Below are positions 59,312-64,000 of a stretch of DNA of 64,000 nucleotides, in pieces. The notes under the pieces were generated by a model. The model searched no databases and had not been told where the DNA came from. It saw only the letters and a program-made list of their open reading frames with translations. The position numbers and the translations under genes are program-made. Within the stretch, counting starts at the first letter, position 1; every line of letters starts with the position of its first letter. This DNA comes from Xylographa opegraphella (lineage: Eukaryota), in contig JALDZX010000018.1 in assembly GCA_022813865.1 (NCBI GenBank), forward strand, positions 62,001-126,000. Direction: 5' to 3'.

Positions 59312-62300
59312 ATGGACTCTGTTATCCCTGTCACTGCGCTCTGCATTACCCTGACTGTACTTGGCGCAGTCTTCACCTTGTACACTGTCGCGAGACCGAA
59401 GGATGAACATGAAATCAAACAAGCATTGAGTACTTACGAAGATGAGGACGGCAAGGCCAGCCCCGCGGCGATTGCAGCGTTTGACGACCTCCCGCCAAGG
59501 CTTGTGCTTATATTTTCATTACTCATTGCCTTGATCGCTTCTATCATTTCTCTATATTTATCTTACGCCTGGCTCGAATGGACTCGATGGGTTTCAGTGG
59601 CGGCTTGGCTTCTGATTCTGGTGCAAGTCGCTGCACTGCATGCCGTAAAGTCACCAGTCCTTCGATATAATATTGGATTCTCCGTGGCGTTTCAGTCCGC
59701 TGTTATTGCTCTTTATACTCTGTACAATCGCTCCGACGATTTTTGGAGTGAGCTATCCATCTTTCCCGTGGCACAAGGGTTCTTTGGTTCTTTGAGTGCG
59801 TTGGCGGCGCTTTCCCTACCTCGTCGTCCAGAAGTAGAGCGTGATGGTAAGGTTGTCGACGCACAGTACACAATTGCTGCGTTATCACGGTAAGAGGGAT
59901 CAGGTTTCTGAGAGGATTCCCGCTTGTGCCTATCTAACGAACTGATCAAGATATACAATGGCCTGGGCTAGGCCCATACTGGACAAAGCCTTGGTAGCGG
60001 GTGGCCTCGAGTACACCGATCTAGCGATACTAGACTCCTCCATGATTGTTGCCAATCTCCACCGACGATTCCACATCGCTGCTGCGGCGAATACCAAAAA
60101 CACACACCTCTTTTACACCATCTTCAAAGCCAACCAAAGTCTCTTCGTTCGCCTATGGGGGCTCACTATCCTTGAGTGCTGTGCGAACTTCCTGCCCCAA
60201 GTCTGCATGTTCAAAATATTAGAGCTTCTAGAAAAGCGAGACTCGGGTGAGGGACCCGTTGACAAGGCCGTCTGGCTTTGGGTAGCCGGCTTGTGCATTG
60301 CCAAGATGTCATATTTGGGATTCAACGGCTGGTAAGTTGACCTACTCTTATTAGTCTACCAACCTGCTCCTGGCGCATACTTATTCGGGAATAAGGGTCT
60401 CCTGGATACGTTGGTGCTTGATAAATGTGACAGTGAGCAAGCAATTAGCTGCTGTAATATTCGACAAGTCAATGCGTGTGAAAGACGTCAAGCTTGTCAA
60501 GTCAGTAGTCGAGGTTACGGAGAACAGACCTTCTTCGCGTTGCACAACTAATACAGCTCCTAACGATGAACTTACACCTTTGCTACCCAAATCTGTGAGC
60601 AAAATCATAACTGAACCGAACACCAGCGAGGAGGGTCAGCAAGAAACCGGAAACTCTAACGATGAAACCTCCCAAAATGCCATCAATTTGCTTACAGTTG
60701 CAATACCAAAAGTCAAGTGGTTCGCAAGCTTGAATTTCACGCTGCTTACTGGCACCATTGAAACTATCCTTGGCGTGGTCTTCCTGATCTTCCTGATTGG
60801 TGTTCGAGCAACCTTTGCTGGGCTTCTCATAGTGCTGGTCATGCAGCCGCTCAGCAAATTCCTCCAGCAGCGTTACAGTGCCGCTGAGGACGCCGTGATG
60901 GACGCTAGGGAGAGTAAGACACACGTCGTCACAGAGGCACTACATGGGATTAGAATGATCAAGATTTCGGCAATCGAGGACCAATGGCAAAAAACGATTA
61001 TGGATGCTCGAGATTGCGAGATTCGAGCTCTACGAAGATCAATTGTTTGGGGATTTACTATGACTCTGGCGTGGATGTGCCTTCCCATAGTCTTTAGCAC
61101 GGTGTCTCTGGGCGTCTATGCATACCTGAACGGTGGCCTTACCGCATCAGCTGCCTTTACAGCACTAGCTGTTTTTTCCTCTTTGGACAATGCCCTTGGA
61201 GACATTCCGCTTTTCATTACAACGATGACTGATGCGCTTGTCGGTAGTAAGAGGATACAAGACCATCTCAATAACAGCGATCAGATCAACTATAGGAGTG
61301 TAGGGGAGAATGTGAAATTTCAAAACGCCACAATCAGTTGGCCAACCGATCGAGAGCACTCGAAGGAAATGTTTGTGCTTCGGAACATCAATCTTGAATT
61401 TCCAAATGCGAGCCTTAGGCATGACACGCTGTGTCTATCCAGTTTTCAGTGTCGCTAACTGGGTATGCAGTATTATACACGGAAGGACTGGGTGCGGAAA
61501 AAGCCTTCTTCTGGCTGCCATCACTGGCGAAGCAAGTTTAATCTCGGGGAAGATTGTAACACTATCTCACTCTCATCCAAACTTCATCCATGGGGTTATC
61601 CAAAATGACAGTTGGATCATTCCTCACTCAATGGCTTTGGTTGCGCAGATACCCTGGATCGAGAATGCGACGATTAAGAACAACATCTTATATGGATTGC
61701 CTTTCTTACGCGATCGATATAAAAACGTGTTACACGCCAGCGCTTTAGACAAAGACCTTGAGATGCTTACTGATGGAGAGGACACCGAAGTGGGCGCAAG
61801 TGGTATCAATCTCAGTGGAGGTATATTTTCTGACGCCTTGGATTTTGCCACGCTAACTAGCAACCAGGGCAAAAATGGCGGCTTACATTTGCGAGAGCGT
61901 TGTATTCTCGCGCTGGTATACTCGTCCTCGACGACATATTTAGTGCGGTAGATCCTCACGTGGGCCGCCACATCTTTGAGCATGGACTCTGTGGTGAATT
62001 AGGAGCTGGGAGAACGCGTATCCTCGTAACGCACCATATAGACTTGGTAATCGCCGAAGCGTCTTACATCGTTACAATCGACCGAAGTGGAAATGTCCGG
62101 GGTACAAGCGCCGTAGCCTACTCAGATTCGAGCTCCGGTACACTAACTCCAGCGGACCATATCAAGGACGAAGCGAAAATCGAAAAATCAGATAGCGAAG
62201 TAATAAAGCAAGAAGAACGAGTGGCAGCCAAATTTGTTGAGGACGAGCACCGGGAACAAGGTCGTGTGTCGTTGAAAGTATACGGCGTCTACATCTCAGC

Positions 62301-64000
62301 CTCCGGTGGGTACATAGCCTGGATCTTCATCCTGTTGAGCTTCTTGCTTGTCAGTGCCACCATCCTTGGCCGTTCATACTGGGTCGAGTTATGGTCAAGA
62401 GTGACGGATCAGACTGAGACCAGCTCTTCCCAGCAAGTGAAGTTCTATTCCAACTTGTCGGACAAACCATCCACACGCAATCTTCGGAAAGATGATACAG
62501 TTTTCTATCTCCTTGTATATCTCGGTATATCGCTCCTTACGGTAATACTCACGGCTGTCAAGGTTGGTACGACAATGTTTGCTTCCTTGCGAGCGTCCAA
62601 GGTTCTATTCCGCAATTTGACCAATTCTATTCTTCGAGCCAACGTTCGCTGGCTTGATACTACCCCGATGGGCCGTATCCTTAATCGCTTCGTAGGAGAT
62701 TTTGAAAAGGTCGACGATGAAATATCTCGCTCAATTAGTGAGTTGTCGTTCTTCCGCTTCTGATCGAAGATATTCTGGACAACGTCATGCTAATCACACG
62801 TTCGTGATAGGTTTTGGTTCTTCATATACGTTTCAGCTTATCGGAATTGTCGTTGCCAGTCTATTCGTCTCGGCATGGGCTTTAATTCCTGCCATCGTAC
62901 TCCTTATTTTATGTCTTCTGATCGCGCGGACGTACATCAAGGGCGCACGCGACATAAAGCGACTGGAGTCGAATTCCAAATCGCCGGTTCTAGAGCATTA
63001 TACCTCCTCTCTTCTTGGATTGGCGACTATCCGCAGCTTTGGAAAGAAAGAGGATTATGTCCAGCAGATGTATACCATGCTTGACCAGGAAGCACGAACC
63101 TCATGGCATGAGTCCCTCGCAATTGGCTGGATGGAATTTCGTCAGGGCTTTCTTGGAATACTCTTTGCTGTGATTGTTGCGTGCAGTGTCATCGCACTGC
63201 CGGGAATCGGAGCGCCTCTTGCGGGATTTGCTCTCGGCTTTGCGCTTGAATATGCTATGGTCGTTGTAGAACTGATCATTAAATACGCTGAGCTGGAGCT
63301 CGAGATGAATGCAATCGAACGAATCACGGAGTACATCGAGATGCCAATCGAGGATCAAAATGGAGATGAGGTTTCAGCTGCCTGGCCCACACAGGGTTGC
63401 ATCGAGGTACAAGGCTTGGAAGTGGGATACGCCAGTGATTTACCGGCTGTCCTCAAGAATGTGACTTTCACCGTCGCGTCACGAGAACGCGTGGGTATCG
63501 TCGGGCGGACTGGAAGTGGCAAATCGTCACTCACTCTGGCCATTTTCCGCATGCTGGAAGCGCGACGGGGCAAAATCAAGATCGACGATGTTGACATCGC
63601 AACTATAACGCGTCACGCCTTACGCAGTCGTCTTGCCATTATTCCGCAAGATCCAGTCCTATTCTCCGGTACCCTCCGATCCAACATCGACCATTTCCAC
63701 GAATACAGCGACGAAGCCGTTTTCGATGCCCTGCGCAGAATGCAGCTTCTCGATGACGGCGACGTAGGGGCAATAACAACGGCAGCCGAGGAGGAGCCTG
63801 ACGCAACCGACGCAAACGACGCACACGACGCAAACGACGCATCGGCAACAACCATGAACGTCTTCCTCAACTTGGACTATGAAATATCCCGTGGCGGGCT
63901 CAATCTCTCTCAAGGGCAGAGACAGCTCATCTGTCTCGCTCGTGCGCTAATCTCCCGGCCAAAAATCCTCGTACTTGACGAAGCGACGAGCAGTGTCGAC
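59312..64000 (+). CDS. ABCC/MRP-type ABC transporter; runs off the 3' end; introns 59890-59950, 60332-60395, 61419-61470, 61821-61867, 62738-62810
   Basis: TMD1; NBD1 GRTGCGKS, NLSGG|QKWR, LDDIFSAVD; TMD2 DTTPMGRILNRF; NBD2 GIVGRTGSGKSS, IIPQDPVLFSGT, NLSQGQRQL, LVLDEATSSVD. Confidence 0.93.
63800..63844 (+). repeat. 5 x 9-bp coding repeat (DAT-DAN-DAH-DAN-DAS) inside NBD2
   Basis: gacgcaacc gacgcaaac gacgcacac gacgcaaac gacgcatcg. Confidence 0.85.

Overview
This is eukaryotic, gene-dense, intron-containing DNA from a filamentous ascomycete (Pezizomycotina). The evidence is short GT-AG introns with RCTRAC branch points and fungal-specific Zn2Cys6 factors. I reconstructed about 25 protein-coding loci by hand. 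Core genes: Spg1/Tem1 GTPase (5'-truncated), Ldb19 arrestin, Gpi12, a divergent thymine-7-hydroxylase / uracil-5-carboxylate decarboxylase pair, Lsm3 (absent from the ORF track), GTPBP1-like GTPase, NDUFAF6, Rad5, CorA, Nha1, a 13-exon ArAE/FUSC-type membrane protein, three adjacent mitoribosome-related genes (mL38, uL4m, mS47/Ehd3), two Zn2Cys6 transcription factors and an ABCC transporter (3'-truncated). Accessory-looking stretches at about 1-4.8 kb, 14-21 kb and 24.5-28.3 kb hold orphan or decaying ORFs. I found no tRNA, rRNA, transposase or CRISPR array. The most interesting observations are: (i) recurrent GC-rich islands with an orientation-independent C-rich to G-rich skew flip strong enough to reshape protein sequence; (ii) a candidate cassette exon and a candidate alternative last exon inside an unusually long intron; (iii) many non-canonical splice sites (GC donors, AAG/GAG acceptors); (iv) an orphan 474-aa ORF with a hydrophobic hairpin; (v) the mitoribosomal gene triad. 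I cannot demonstrate a new biological system from sequence alone. All exon structures are manual inferences, and no database search was run.
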